A stretch of DNA of 64,000 nt from an uncultured virus (IMG/VR IMGVR_UViG_3300049489_000353) (IMGVR_UViG_3300049489_000353); one strand, 5' to 3'. Shown: positions 25,846 through 37,115, numbered from the stretch's first letter. Notes: generated from the letters alone by a model not told the origin. Numbers and translations are program-made.

Positions 25846-26808
25846 CATTTAAAAATGGTAGATAACATATAGGCTGAAAGGCATGTGTAATGTTTCACAA
25901 GCATAAACCAGTGACAAAAACGCTATTTGCTAGTGAACTGCCTATGTTGCGGTTTACCAGAGCCATAAATAATCAAACAAAGAAAAAGTTTTATATTCGG
26001 TATCCCGGTTGGGAAAAAGAAATACGATGCCCCGACCACCAGGAACATGAATTAGATTATAGTGGAAAATGTCGGCGCTATTGTCATTATGCGGTTGGTT
26101 TATGTGATGCACCAAATACCGCTAATGTCATCATTACTGTTACGACATGTTTGACATGTAATCATTATGCTATCAAAGCACAAGATAGCGAATATACATA
26201 CGAAATGAATACGGAATATGCCAAGATTCTTATTGATAAAAGTATCAAAGATAAAGAAGATAAGGAAATGGAACGGTTGCTGAATTATGGCAATCCAGAA
26301 TTTGCAGATAAAAAGAAGAATGAAGAGCGGCATGTCAAAATCATCACACAATTACAAGAGCATTTGCGCGGGGCGCTGCATAATCTGAATAAGTCATTAT
26401 CAAATGATGGTCTGTGGGAGTGTCTGCCGGAAAAGGAAAAGATTAAACTGAATGCGAAATATGGTCATGCCGCTAAAAAGTATTCTATTGATGTGGATAA
26501 GACCGTTGAAAAAATCATGAGAGAATGTGAAGCATCATGAACATTGTCTTTGTTCGTGAAAATTCAAGCAGACATTATCCAACGACTGTTCATATTATAT
26601 GTGGTAGTACCGTAGAGTTGCGTTTGGAGCGCATGAGTGTGAATGTTCGTGGTCGATTACAAAAGACCATTGTGCTTACAAAAAAGTCGAATGATGTGGC
26701 AAGCATCGCAAAGATGCTGCAACTCGTCCAAGAATATGTTCTAAAACTACAGAATAAAGGTTACATATTTAAAACCATTCGGCTGTCTTAATTATATAAA
26801 TAGTTGAT

Positions 26809-27495
26809 ATGGATAAGCTTTTAGAGTCGCTGCGCCAGGTTTATGGGGATATTGACGAAGAGCAGCGTATCCTGCGTATTATCGAAGATATATTATTGGT
26901 TCCTTCGACTATTGTTGAAGCAGACGCAACGCAGCAAGGTGACGAGGAATTGCCTCCAGAAGACCCAGCAGCCGATTTAGCGGAGCCTGTGGCTGAACCA
27001 GCCGCCGAACCAGCACCAGCCGAAAAGCCGCTTATACAGCCAACCATGCCGAAGGTTCCCGAACCTTCAAAAGATGTTCTTCCAGACATTCAAAAGTCGC
27101 AAGTCAAGACACCAGCACCAAAGCAACCAGCACCAAAACAAGCGGCTGTACCAGCACAACCACCAGTAGTTCAACCGAAGTTACCTAAGACAGCAGCTAA
27201 AACAGCATCAGCGCCACCATCGAATGATGTCAGTGGTGTTTTAAAGAAATTGCAGAATTATCGTAAGCGTGGCATGATCTTTAGATCGCCGCTACAATCA
27301 TCTGCATTAAGCTACATGTCATATAATCCAAAAACACGGGGGCTGAATGTTACATTTACCAAAAACGGTAGAACATATCATTATAAGGGTGTTGGAATGG
27401 ACAAGGCTGCGCAATTATTTGTAAGCAACAGCAAAGGTAAGTTTTATAATGCTGATATCAAGCCCGTGCATCAGCCTGCGCGTGAAGTGACTTGA
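26809..27495 (+). CDS. KTSC-domain protein with Pro/Ala-rich linker
   Basis: SSALSYMSYNP...Y.YKGV...SKGKFYN; TATAAATA at 26795. Confidence 0.75.
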   Translation: MDKLLESLRQVYGDIDEEQRILRIIEDILLVPSTIVEADATQQGDEELPPEDPAADLAEPVAEPAAEPAPAEKPLIQPTMPKVPEPSKDVLPDIQKSQVKTPAPKQPAPKQAAVPAQPPVVQPKLPKTAAKTASAPPSNDVSGVLKKLQNYRKRGMIFRSPLQSSALSYMSYNPKTRGLNVTFTKNGRTYHYKGVGMDKAAQLFVSNSKGKFYNADIKPVHQPAREVT

Positions 27496-28277
27496 AAATA
27501 ATTATGCAAATAATATACTAGCGGAATGGGTTATCGGGACGAATTACTAGAACGATATGAAGACTGTCTGAATAAAATAGAAACGCTTATTGCGAATCAT
27601 AATGCGCCCGTAGATGCATTTTATTATGGCATACAGTCAGGCAAAATAAAAACACGCACAACTGACATAGCGTGGCTTGAGGAAACTATCGAGCGGCTTG
27701 AGAACACAGCGGCTTTGATGGAGGAAGAGATAAGCCGCATACAGTATAAAAAGAAACAAGGTACTTACATTCCCGATAAAATGAAGTATCTGTAGTTGTG
27801 TCACACAGGCGAGTTGTTCTAAAAACTAAAGCTTGTAAACAACGAAAACAATGATAATGTTCTGGCATGACTTCGTATGCGGAAGGTTTAGAGAAGCAAA
27901 ACATTGAGCTACAAGAGCAACTTGCTGCCGCCCAACATGATGCTGCGATTGGCAAAGAGTTGCTACAATTCATTGAATATGTAGGATTGCAAGCCGAACT
28001 ATTTCAAAAAGATGGTTGTTATCATGTGCGCTGGGGAACAAAAAATTCAGTTTCCATTAGCAAGGATCTGTGGAAACGGATGGAAGCCATAGAAGAAAGA
28101 CGAAAACAGAAACAACTTCTAGAATACGCTGCACTTCTTAAACTCTATGAAGATTTAGAAAGCAAAAAAGCCAAAGAAAAAGAAATGGCGGCTGGAATGG
28201 CTGCTACTCAAGTCCAACAGGCTTTAAATCAACTAAAAGCGTTTCAAAAACTTGAAGATGACAATTAAGGAATCTTT

Positions 28278-28988
28278 ATGAATGATATATGGTTTACATC
28301 AGATACACATTTTCGCCATGCCAATATTATCAAATATTGCAACCGCCCATTTGCGTCTCCTGATGAAATGGACGAAAAGATCATCGAAAACTGGAACAAG
28401 GTTGTTAAGCCAGGTGATCGGGTGTATCATCTTGGTGACTTTGGTTGGGGTGATGTTGATGATTTGTTAAAAATCTACAATCGTCTGAGAGGTCAGAAAT
28501 ACTTTATTATCGGGAACCACGATAAAGAGTCGCTGGACTTGCCGTGGATTTGGCAGAAGGACATCTTTAATTTGCGCTACTTGGAAACAAGTTATTTCTT
28601 GGCACATTACGCCCATCGCGTCTGGAACAAGAGTTTCCACGGCGCTCGTCATGTGTTTGGTCATACGCACGGCATGGCTAAACCATGGGGCTGGTCGTGC
28701 GATGTTGGTGTTGATAGTTGGGAGTATGCTCCCGTCAACATTGACACACTTGAGAAGCTATTTGCCAAGCTACCTCGTTATGTGGAAGAGGAAGCTAATG
28801 CGGCAACCACAGACAACTCATATGGTGGTGATAGAAAAGATACGATTCTTAACCGCCACCAAATCTGGCAGGGTAGGGAATGCATGCTGACGTTTAAGGA
28901 TGCGTTCTTTGGTGACGGTACCTATGACAAGGTAGATCCTGACGAATTAGCCAAGAAAAATCCCGACGAATTCAAGAAAGAATTGTAA
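28278..28988 (+). CDS. Calcineurin-like metallophosphoesterase
   Basis: SDTH, LGD, GNHD, GHTH motifs. Confidence 0.9.
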   Translation: MNDIWFTSDTHFRHANIIKYCNRPFASPDEMDEKIIENWNKVVKPGDRVYHLGDFGWGDVDDLLKIYNRLRGQKYFIIGNHDKESLDLPWIWQKDIFNLRYLETSYFLAHYAHRVWNKSFHGARHVFGHTHGMAKPWGWSCDVGVDSWEYAPVNIDTLEKLFAKLPRYVEEEANAATTDNSYGGDRKDTILNRHQIWQGRECMLTFKDAFFGDGTYDKVDPDELAKKNPDEFKKEL

Positions 28989-29796
28989 TATGAAACGCGC
29001 CATGAAATCATATTTAAAAACCATTACGACATATGGTTTCAAATGGGATACAACACCGCTTGATATGTATAAGCGATGTGTTGGTGATGGCGATATAACC
29101 ATTTCCAAGAAAGATTTGAAGAAACTGATTGTTGTTACCGCCAAAAATCATTATATCTTAACTCAAATCGCAAGAAACAGACGAGTATAATTACATGAAA
29201 AACAACATGAATTTGCTTGGTTCCAACAAAAAATATGCTTCTTCGTTGGAAGAGTATATTGAGGAATTGGAAACAAAATTAGAAGAGTGTATGGAAGTCA
29301 GCAAAACCGATAGGGATATGCTGACTATTGTACGGGCATTTTATACGCGGCAGCAGCATCTTCCATATGATGTTATGAAAGATGTATATGATGCTACGAA
29401 CATGTCTATGAAAGAAAAAATCATACGGAAAATTTATAGAATAAAGGAGTGGTTTAGTGAACATAAGACAGATATATTTTTCTCACTCCTACTAATAGTT
29501 GTAGTTGGTGGCATGGTAACGCTGATGATCGCTACTCTGGTAAGTGAACATCATGGTAGAGAAATGTCCGTAAAAATAGACACCGCCTTGAGGTTTGATG
29601 TGAATGGTGACAGTGTTATTACCGACGATGAACGGCAAAGTCAAATATTAAAGTTTATCAAACAACATAACTTGATGGTCTATGAATCAGATTTTTATGA
29701 TTGTGTTCGTAAGCGGGAATACACAAATTTCTACAGAAATGGTGAAAAAATTGATATTGATGAAGTCTATAAACTCGCAGCACCCTTGGAGAAGCC

Positions 29797-30903
29797 ATGA
29801 GTCAACTTCCCGTTCTCTACTCTCGTACCTCGACCGGCGCTGTTCAACAGTGGCAGATTGTCGTTGAGGGTGATAAATTCTACACCATCGAAGGGCAGAA
29901 GGACGGCAAGCTGACCACAGCAACACCGACCATCTGTGAAGGAAAGAACATTGGTAAAGCCAATGAAACGTCTGGTGAGGACCAGGCGATCAAGGAAGCC
30001 AAGTCCAAGTGGAAAAAGAAAATCGATTCGGGATATCACGAAGATATCAAGGACATTGACATTGAGACATTCACGGAGCCGATGCTTGCCAAGAATTTTG
30101 AAGATGATTTCGACGGTAAGTATCCCGTCTGGTGTCAGCCGAAATTAGATGGTATGCGTTGCGTCTGTCGTAAGGATGGTATGTGGAGCCGCAATGGCAA
30201 GCCGATTATTTCGGCACCACACATCAGAAAGGCGCTGGACAAATTCTTCGAACAGCATCCCGATGGTATTCTTGATGGTGAATTGTATTGCGATAAGCTC
30301 GCAAACGATTTCAACAAGATCATTTCGTTGGTGAAGAAAACCAAGCCAGAACAAAGTGACTTGGATGAATCAGCGAAGATCATTCAATACCATGTGTATG
30401 ACTATATTTCCAAGGGAAGCATCAACTTCAAAAAGAGAAGTGAAGCATTGGCTTTGGATCTTTCTCTAGCTGGCGCTTCCAGTAATTGCATCCGAATCGT
30501 TCGTACTTATGAATGTGCAAATAAGAACGCATTGGATATATATTATGGTGAATTCATTGACCAAGGCTATGAAGGTCAGATGGTTCGTCTGGACAAGCCA
30601 TATGAACACAAGCGCACCAAGTCGCTGTTGAAGCGTAAGGAATTCAAAGACGCCGAATATGAAATCGTAGAGGTTGCCGAAGGCGTTGGAAATCGTACAG
30701 GTACGGCTGGCTTCATGGTTCTGAAAATGGCTGATGGTCGAACCTTTAAAAGCAACATCAAAGGTTCTTTCGATTATTTGAAAGAATTGCTGTCTAAAAA
30801 AGATTCCTTGAAGGGCGTGAAAGCCACCGTAAAATTCTTCTGCTTAACGCCAGATGGCATCCCCCGCTTCCCCTTTGTCATAGGCATACGCGATTATGAA
30901 TGA
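29797..30903 (+). CDS. ATP-dependent DNA ligase
   Basis: PMLA, QPKLDGMR, LDGELY, GYEGQMVR, LLKRK, PRFP. Confidence 0.92.
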   Translation: MSQLPVLYSRTSTGAVQQWQIVVEGDKFYTIEGQKDGKLTTATPTICEGKNIGKANETSGEDQAIKEAKSKWKKKIDSGYHEDIKDIDIETFTEPMLAKNFEDDFDGKYPVWCQPKLDGMRCVCRKDGMWSRNGKPIISAPHIRKALDKFFEQHPDGILDGELYCDKLANDFNKIISLVKKTKPEQSDLDESAKIIQYHVYDYISKGSINFKKRSEALALDLSLAGASSNCIRIVRTYECANKNALDIYYGEFIDQGYEGQMVRLDKPYEHKRTKSLLKRKEFKDAEYEIVEVAEGVGNRTGTAGFMVLKMADGRTFKSNIKGSFDYLKELLSKKDSLKGVKATVKFFCLTPDGIPRFPFVIGIRDYE

Positions 30904-31587
30904 AATCACAACCCACACGTTTGAAACTTTTGGAAAAATCGTCGCACAACACCAAAAGCAATTGGATATTCTGAATTATTACCCGTATGGTAATACTGTA
31001 AAATTCGACCATTGGTTGGGTGGTTGTGCTGATTTATCAAATCTGCCTAATAACGAGTTTCTTGGAAGGCGATATAAGAAATTAACAAGTGAACAATTAG
31101 TATACGGCATAATCGAAGAGGTCGCCAGAGCCATGAATTATTTGGTGGTTCATGGTACACATCCTGGTTTCGACCACCAACGCATTGAAGCGTTCGCATT
31201 GTGGCGGCTGTTTCATAACGGAATAGCTGGCTGGCGTAAGGATGTTATGAAAGATAAGTCTCTAAAGCAGATTGCTGCTTTGGAGAAAAAGAATAAAGAC
31301 TTGTATGATCTTGTTCTTGCTCATGGAAAATATGCCGACGCGGCAGGCAGAAAGAATGAAAAATCGACTGCTGATTATGTCAAGGGACTGACACCAGCCG
31401 AGAGAAAGAAGTGGGTACGCAATCTCAAGAAATCCAGTGATCGTAATCGTAAGGAATATGGTGTGTATATCGTTGATATCTTACCGTTGACGCAATACTC
31501 GAACGCTACCGAGAAGCCGAAGATTCTGTACACGAAACAACAGTTGTGTGCCATTCACCATTATGTGATATGCGCCTTTGAAAATCT

Positions 31588-32052
31588 ATGCTGAACATTG
31601 TAACGGGCAACATTCTCTCGTCACCAGAGCAGTACATTGCCCATCAATGTAATTGTGTCAGCTATAATGCGGCAGGAATAGCTCAAGCTATTTTCACCAA
31701 GTGGAGCTACGCTGATTGTTACTCTATCCGTTGGGAAAAGGATAAGCCTGGCACCATCGAGGTCCGTGGGGACGGTAAAGAAAATAGATACATCATCAAT
31801 ATGTTTGCCCAATTCAACCCAGGCAAGCCACATAAAGACGATGATCCCGAAGATGGTTATCAAGCCAGGAAACAATATTTCGTACAGTGTATGAAGTTAA
31901 TCAAAGATTTAAAGCCACGGTCAGTTGCTTTCCCGATGGGTATAGGTTGCGGACTCGCTGGTGGATCGTGGGACTTTTATAAAAAAGTCCTTGAAAAATT
32001 TTCAAGTGACATTAATATGGTCCTTTATCAGATACCAGAAAAGAAAAAATGA
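31588..32052 (+). CDS. Macro domain (ADP-ribose) protein
   Basis: IAHQCNC, AGIA, IGCGLAGGSW. Confidence 0.85.
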   Translation: MLNIVTGNILSSPEQYIAHQCNCVSYNAAGIAQAIFTKWSYADCYSIRWEKDKPGTIEVRGDGKENRYIINMFAQFNPGKPHKDDDPEDGYQARKQYFVQCMKLIKDLKPRSVAFPMGIGCGLAGGSWDFYKKVLEKFSSDINMVLYQIPEKKK

Positions 32053-32576
32053 AATTTGAAAAAGAAACCAATAACGCAAACGCATTCGAACTGGTTTCTG
32101 CCATTGATTTGTTGATAAAAGCCAATCAATGGAACGAGATTATGCGGTACATGGCATGTACCACACCAAAAGAGTTTATCAAATTCGTTGAGGATTTTAG
32201 AGAAGATGGTGGTGTTGAAAGCATGCTTAAGCCAGAGCGAGTCATTGTGCGGTTTGAAGGCTGGGATAATGATAGCAATTTGAATATGAAAATACCAGTC
32301 ATAAAAGCGTTACGCGAAGCCTTTCAACTCGGGTTGGCTGATGCGAAGTATTTGAGTGAAACCATTCCGTGCGATGTCGCGGCATATGATCGTGAGTCTG
32401 ACATACTTAAATATGTTATTTCGAAACTTGATGTATTTGGAATAAAAATCTGTTTGATTCCAGATAGTAAGACAATTCCATGTAAGTTTCCAAATGTGAA
32501 TACGACTCTTCCGCTGGGGTGGGTGGCTCCGACACATATAAAGATGCCTCCTATAAAGTGTTATACGAGAATATAA
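32049..32576 (+). CDS. Protein containing a ribosomal L7/L12 C-terminal-like domain
   Basis: KIPVIKALREAFQLGLADAKYLSE. Confidence 0.65.
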   Translation: MKFEKETNNANAFELVSAIDLLIKANQWNEIMRYMACTTPKEFIKFVEDFREDGGVESMLKPERVIVRFEGWDNDSNLNMKIPVIKALREAFQLGLADAKYLSETIPCDVAAYDRESDILKYVISKLDVFGIKICLIPDSKTIPCKFPNVNTTLPLGWVAPTHIKMPPIKCYTRI

Positions 32577-32631
32577 ATAAGGTATTGATTTCCTTTTTTA
32601 TACGCTATAATGGTCCAACCCTTGGAGATAC

Positions 32632-33267
32632 ATGATTAAAATACCTTTTCTTTTAGTTTCTATGATGTTTCTCGCGTCATGGTCCAATCCCGACGAAATT
32701 GAAACAGACAGCCAAGTGGTATCGTCTCCGTATACCAATAAGCAGTTTTGGCAAGACGCATACGATTTCAAAATAAGGAACAATCTGGAAATTCCAGATC
32801 ACTATTATGATGAATTGGGTATCGACAATCCCAACATTCCCGCGTATGTAAAAGTACCAGCCACTGAGCATATCATTCAATTCTCGAAGCTGCGTGATCA
32901 GGTTCCAGAATGGGTCCGTAAAGGAATACTATTCACAGAAACCAGATCCGTATACAAAGCATCTGGATTGATAAAGTATGTTGATCAACGCCGTGGACAG
33001 GCTGGTGATATTGGTCCGTTTCAAATGCGTCGAGTCGCATTTGATGATGTGAAGAAGCGCGGTGAAAGCTTTTGGAAAATGGAACAAGATGTCTTGTTCG
33101 CAGAAGAAATGGCATGTCGCTACTTGCTATTCATTTACAATGGTCGCGGCAACAAGAATTGGGAAACAACCGTTCTTCGGTATAATGCTGGTCCGTATGC
33201 CAAAGAATTCACTTCCAAAAACTACACATATTTAAACAGCGTGAAATTGAACGGGAAGAAGATATAA
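32632..33267 (+). CDS. Secreted lysozyme-like/lytic transglycosylase
   Basis: Signal peptide, ET...GPFQM...RYNAG. Confidence 0.65.
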   Translation: MIKIPFLLVSMMFLASWSNPDEIETDSQVVSSPYTNKQFWQDAYDFKIRNNLEIPDHYYDELGIDNPNIPAYVKVPATEHIIQFSKLRDQVPEWVRKGILFTETRSVYKASGLIKYVDQRRGQAGDIGPFQMRRVAFDDVKKRGESFWKMEQDVLFAEEMACRYLLFIYNGRGNKNWETTVLRYNAGPYAKEFTSKNYTYLNSVKLNGKKI

Positions 33268-33275
33268 ATAAGTGC

Positions 33276-33707
33276 ATGCATCGCATTCGCTACTTATTAC
33301 GAGAATCATTCGATCTTCCTTCGCAGATAACAATAGATGAAGCATGCGGCTGGGGTGAACAGTCCTGGCACCATGTCAATGAATTTGCTAAGTGGTGTCA
33401 AGAGAACCTTGGTCTTCCAAATATTCCTCGTATTAAAATCGTTGGTGAACGCGAAGGCGGCATGACAACGGGTGCATACGATCCTCAAACAGATACAATT
33501 TCGGCATATGGAAGCCAGCGTGCATTGGTTGATGTATTGCGTACCCTTGCCCACGAATTGACCCACTATCGTCAGAGACTTCAAAACCGCATCAAGTCAA
33601 CACAACGAGATTGGGATTTAGAAGGAGAAGCAGACGCAGAGGCTGGTAAAATGGTGTATACCTATGCCCATGCGAATCCACAGAACATGTCTATATACGA
33701 GCTATAA
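33276..33707 (+). CDS. HExxH zinc metallopeptidase-like protein
   Basis: RTLAHELTHYRQ...EGEADA; TATAAATA at 33263. Confidence 0.65.
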   Translation: MHRIRYLLRESFDLPSQITIDEACGWGEQSWHHVNEFAKWCQENLGLPNIPRIKIVGEREGGMTTGAYDPQTDTISAYGSQRALVDVLRTLAHELTHYRQRLQNRIKSTQRDWDLEGEADAEAGKMVYTYAHANPQNMSIYEL

Positions 33708-33873
33708 ATCGTTATTGACATTGTGGGTTGTCTGCTACAATTCGCTACTATGAATGAGCTAATACTAGCTAACGGAGGGCGACTTGAAGCCACCGATGCT
33801 GTTCTCATTCAAAAAGCCAATCAAGAGATAGCCAGGTTGGTTAAAGAACTTCAACGCAAAGAAAAGGAATTGA

Positions 33874-34698
33874 ATGATCTACGTGATCTATCACAAAAAT
33901 TGCAATGACGGAACAGCAGCGGCATGGGCAGCATGGAAGAAATTTGGCAATGATGCCAAGTATATCGCCATGCGGTATGAAGATCCGATACCCGAAATGC
34001 CAGATTGTAGCTTCCTCTATCTTGTAGATTTTTCGCTGCCATTAGAAGTCATGCAGCAAATGTACAATGACTTGAACGGTAACATACAAGTTATCGATCA
34101 TCACAAGACGGCGCAAGCAGCCTTGCAGAGATTTCCTAACTGTGTTTTCGATATGACAAAATGCGGAGCGGTTTTGAGTTGGGAATATTTTCATCCCGGC
34201 AAGAAACTTCCCGTATTTCTGCAATATATTCAAGACTATGATATATGGACGAAGAAACTTCCATATACCAACGAAGCCGCTGCATATGTCAATAGTTATG
34301 AGCGCACACTGAATATCTTTGATCAACATGCAAAGACATTTGAGCATGCGTTCGAAAAGGTTACAACCGAAGGCGCTGGTATGTTGCGATACCATCAGCG
34401 TGATATTGATAAGATTTGCCAATCCGCTCGTCCGTACATGTGGGAGGATAGCATCAAGTGCCTGGTCGTGAATACATCTATATTCATGTCTAGTGATGTC
34501 GGTGGAGCATTGGCTGAACGCAATCCAGAAGTCAAATTCATTTGTTGCTACTGCGACACCGAAGAAGGCTTCCGCTACTACTCGCTGCGCTCACGCGGCG
34601 ATTTCGATGTGTCCATTCTTGCCGCAAAATTCGGCGGTGGAGGACATAAAAATGCCGCTGGCTTCATCATTAAAACACCGGTCAAACTATTCTTTTAA
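33874..34698 (+). CDS. DHH/DHHA1 family phosphoesterase
   Basis: YH..C.DG, IDHH, SLRS, GGGGHKNAAGF. Confidence 0.9.
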   Translation: MIYVIYHKNCNDGTAAAWAAWKKFGNDAKYIAMRYEDPIPEMPDCSFLYLVDFSLPLEVMQQMYNDLNGNIQVIDHHKTAQAALQRFPNCVFDMTKCGAVLSWEYFHPGKKLPVFLQYIQDYDIWTKKLPYTNEAAAYVNSYERTLNIFDQHAKTFEHAFEKVTTEGAGMLRYHQRDIDKICQSARPYMWEDSIKCLVVNTSIFMSSDVGGALAERNPEVKFICCYCDTEEGFRYYSLRSRGDFDVSILAAKFGGGGHKNAAGFIIKTPVKLFF

Positions 34699-35358
34699 GG
34701 AATACCATGATTACGATTTCTGAAAAAACCAGAGAAGCAAAAGCTATTGATATCGTTGACGATCGAGTATCAAAAAATCCGTTCATTGGTGAAATCAAGC
34801 TGACGCCGGTGTGGCATGGTTGGCAAAATGGTCGCATGTGGATCTGGTTTCCGTTGACTATGGAATCAGAAATCTTTGGAAAGACGCTTCCACATGAATG
34901 GGTCAAAGTATACCCTCGCGTCATACAATGGACTGATGGGAAGTATTATGCATTCAGAGGGACGCACAGCGCCCTACCAGAGTATCGTATCAAGGGTGAT
35001 AACACGGTTTACTACCGTGAAATTCTTGTTGAGGAAGGCGAGAAGCTGGAGTATTAACCATTATGAGCAAACGCATCAAAGAGTATGTAAAAAATGTCGA
35101 GGTCGAGAATGATCGACTTGACACAGAACGCGAAAAAGCTCTTGATGAAAATGTTAAATTAAAAAGGGAATTAGAGCAACTCAAAAAGATAAATGCTCAA
35201 TACGAGGGCTGTTTATCGCTGATTATGGAGAAATTTGGCTGGCGGGACGCGGAAATCGGCAAGACCATTACCAAGATGCTGAATGAAGCTGCCAAAAATC
35301 TTTTAAAAAAGTAAGAATTCATTATAAATACATGTAGACACAGGAATTAAAAAACTTC

Positions 35359-35385
35359 TTGTACGCCAGAAAAATCTGATAGAAT
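35359..35385 (+). promoter_or_regulatory. Promoter of tRNA array 1 leader
   Basis: TTGTAC-N15-TAGAAT; TATAAATA also at 35323. Confidence 0.55.
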
Positions 35386-35404
35386 AACCTTCAAGGAAAC
35401 ACAA

Positions 35405-35455
35405 ATGAGACGCACATATATAGCATCATGCCAAAAAGGAGAAGGTACAGCCTAG
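35405..35455 (+). CDS. Leader peptide 1, MRRTYIASCQKGEGTA
   Basis: AAGGA SD, 16 codons plus TAG, directly followed by alternative hairpins. Confidence 0.75.
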   Translation: MRRTYIASCQKGEGTA

Positions 35456-35484
35456 AGGGGTTGTAAAGCGTCACACGCTTCCAC

Positions 35485-35516
35485 AACCCTCCAGCCCCCT
35501 GGAGGGTTTTTCTTTT
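35485..35516 (+). terminator. Attenuator terminator, array 1
   Basis: AACCCTCCAG-cccc-CTGGAGGGTT then TTTCTTTT; 5' arm can alternatively pair with GGGGTTGT (35457-35464). Confidence 0.85.
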
Positions 35517-35764
35517 GAAAATCTTAAACATGGTAGCAGACAGTAGATAGAAATATCTTTGCTTTTAAAAAAAGCGTGCTATCATAGTTAAACTTCACAA
35601 ATCTATAGCGTAGAACGAAATCGCAGCGCGACTCACAAGGAACCTGTCTAGCGAACGGCAGGAGGCGCAAGCCTAAGCATTGTCCTCGTATGATGCAAAA
35701 TGAGTAGCGACACTAGTTAGCTCTAGTGTAAAAGCGGTAGTGGACACCTTCGGGTGTCCGTTAT

Positions 35765-35849
35765 GGGATAGTCGCATAGCGGCAATTGCACGACGCTGTA
35801 AACGTCACGCCTCACGGCTGCGTAGGTTCGAGTCCTACCTATCCCACCA
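35765..35849 (+). tRNA. tRNA-Tyr(GTA)
   Basis: Cloverleaf, ctGTAaa loop, variable arm, ACCA. Confidence 0.9.
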
Positions 35850-35933
35850 ATGAGTTTTTCTTTCAGCGGTCACTAGACGAAAGTTTATACCGTGAGTTTC
35901 CCTTCCTCATCGTCAAAGAAACGCAAACTTTAT

Positions 35934-36027
35934 GCCGTATGCTCCTAATGGCTGTCTGTAAAACAGTTGTGCTTCAAAATATATTAGGCGGCTGCACAGT
36001 TGGGTTCAACTCCCTCATACGACACCA
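35934..36027 (+). ncRNA. D-armless tRNA-like RNA, GTA anticodon
   Basis: Acceptor, ctGTAaa arm, T-arm, ACCA; CCTAAT/ATTAGG pairing in place of the D arm. Confidence 0.6.
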
Positions 36028-36029
36028 AT

Positions 36030-36104
36030 GCTGTTCTAGCTCAGTGGTAGAGCAACTATTTTGTAAATAGTAGGTCGCGTGTTCGATTCACGCTAACAGC
36101 ACCA
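36030..36104 (+). tRNA. tRNA-Thr(TGT)
   Basis: Canonical cloverleaf. Confidence 0.9.
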
Positions 36105-36358
36105 AGTATCGATGGTAATCTCACCTGAATTGCGGTTAGGGTATAGCTCTTCGTGCTGTAAAATCAGGGAAAGCAGAAGGATTCGTCCCTTATGTGACTT
36201 GCAAGGATCATAAGTATGCTTCCAGCAACCGACCAAAGCAGTAGATAAATAGTCGCCCACGATTCGAAGGTGGGAAGTGTGAGTCCAAAGATACCACCAT
36301 AACGCCTCCAAAGTTTGCAACTTCTTTGGTGCGGGTCGGAACCTCAAAAGTTGCGTAT

Positions 36359-36434
36359 GGGGGCGCATGTTCCGTACTGGCGAGTCGCACTTGCAATGCA
36401 ACTGTGGTGGGTGGAACTCCCATCGCTTCCACCA
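36359..36434 (+). tRNA. Atypical tRNA-Ala(TGC)
   Basis: G3:U70, ctTGCaa loop, elongated anticodon stem, ACCA. Confidence 0.6.
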
Positions 36435-36529
36435 AAAGGTTTTCGGACAACAGTAATGTTGCCGCCGTTATCCTCGAACAAAAACGGTTGAGTGGACTAG
36501 GGCGACCATTCATAAAACAAGTCCACCAT

Positions 36530-36603
36530 GGGCTGATAATTTAGCGGTAGAATGACTGCCTTGCACGCAGTATACTGGAGTTCGATTCTCCATCGGTCCA
36601 CCA
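36530..36603 (+). tRNA. tRNA-Ala(TGC)
   Basis: Cloverleaf, G3:U70. Confidence 0.9.
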
Positions 36604-36770
36604 TTACGCGCTCGACCGCAACGAGCTAGTGAGTTGCTAACATGAAATGAAATGGAGTAGCCCTCCATAATGCAACGACACCAGATTCCGCTAGTATTTC
36701 TGGTAATAGCCAAAAATCATGGTCGCGTGCCTTCGGGTGTATGCGTGTGGTTGGCGGTGACTAGCTTTAT

Positions 36771-36867
36771 GGTACTGTTAGTGTAACGGCAGCACGGTAA
36801 GTCCGAGACATGTGCAAGCATGGAGTAGGCAACCAAATGACTAGAGTGGTCCGACTCCACAAGTACC
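36771..36867 (+). ncRNA. tRNA-like RNA with a branched insert replacing the anticodon arm
   Basis: GGTACT/AGTACC acceptor, D arm, T arm, no CCA. Confidence 0.5.
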
Positions 36868-36946
36868 TTGACAACGGCTGAATAAGTGATAGGATATAAA
36901 AACACCAGCAATGGCGATGACAAATCTATAACGTAGAACGATTCAT

Positions 36947-37038
36947 GCAACAGTGCGCGGAGTCCGGTCGAACGCCCCTGCCTTTTAAGCAGATTCATTA
37001 ATTTGACACCGTAGGTTCAAATCCTACCTGTTGCACCA
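36947..37038 (+). tRNA. tRNA-Lys(TTT), long variable arm
   Basis: ctTTTaa loop, extra arm, ACCA. Confidence 0.8.
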
Positions 37039-37041
37039 CAT

Positions 37042-37115
37042 GGGGGACAAGCATTAAAGTGATGCAATCGCCTTTTAAGCGATGGAACACGGACCATTAC
37101 CGTGGTCCCCTACCA
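37042..37115 (+). tRNA. tRNA-Lys(TTT)
   Basis: Cloverleaf, divergent T loop. Confidence 0.75.
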
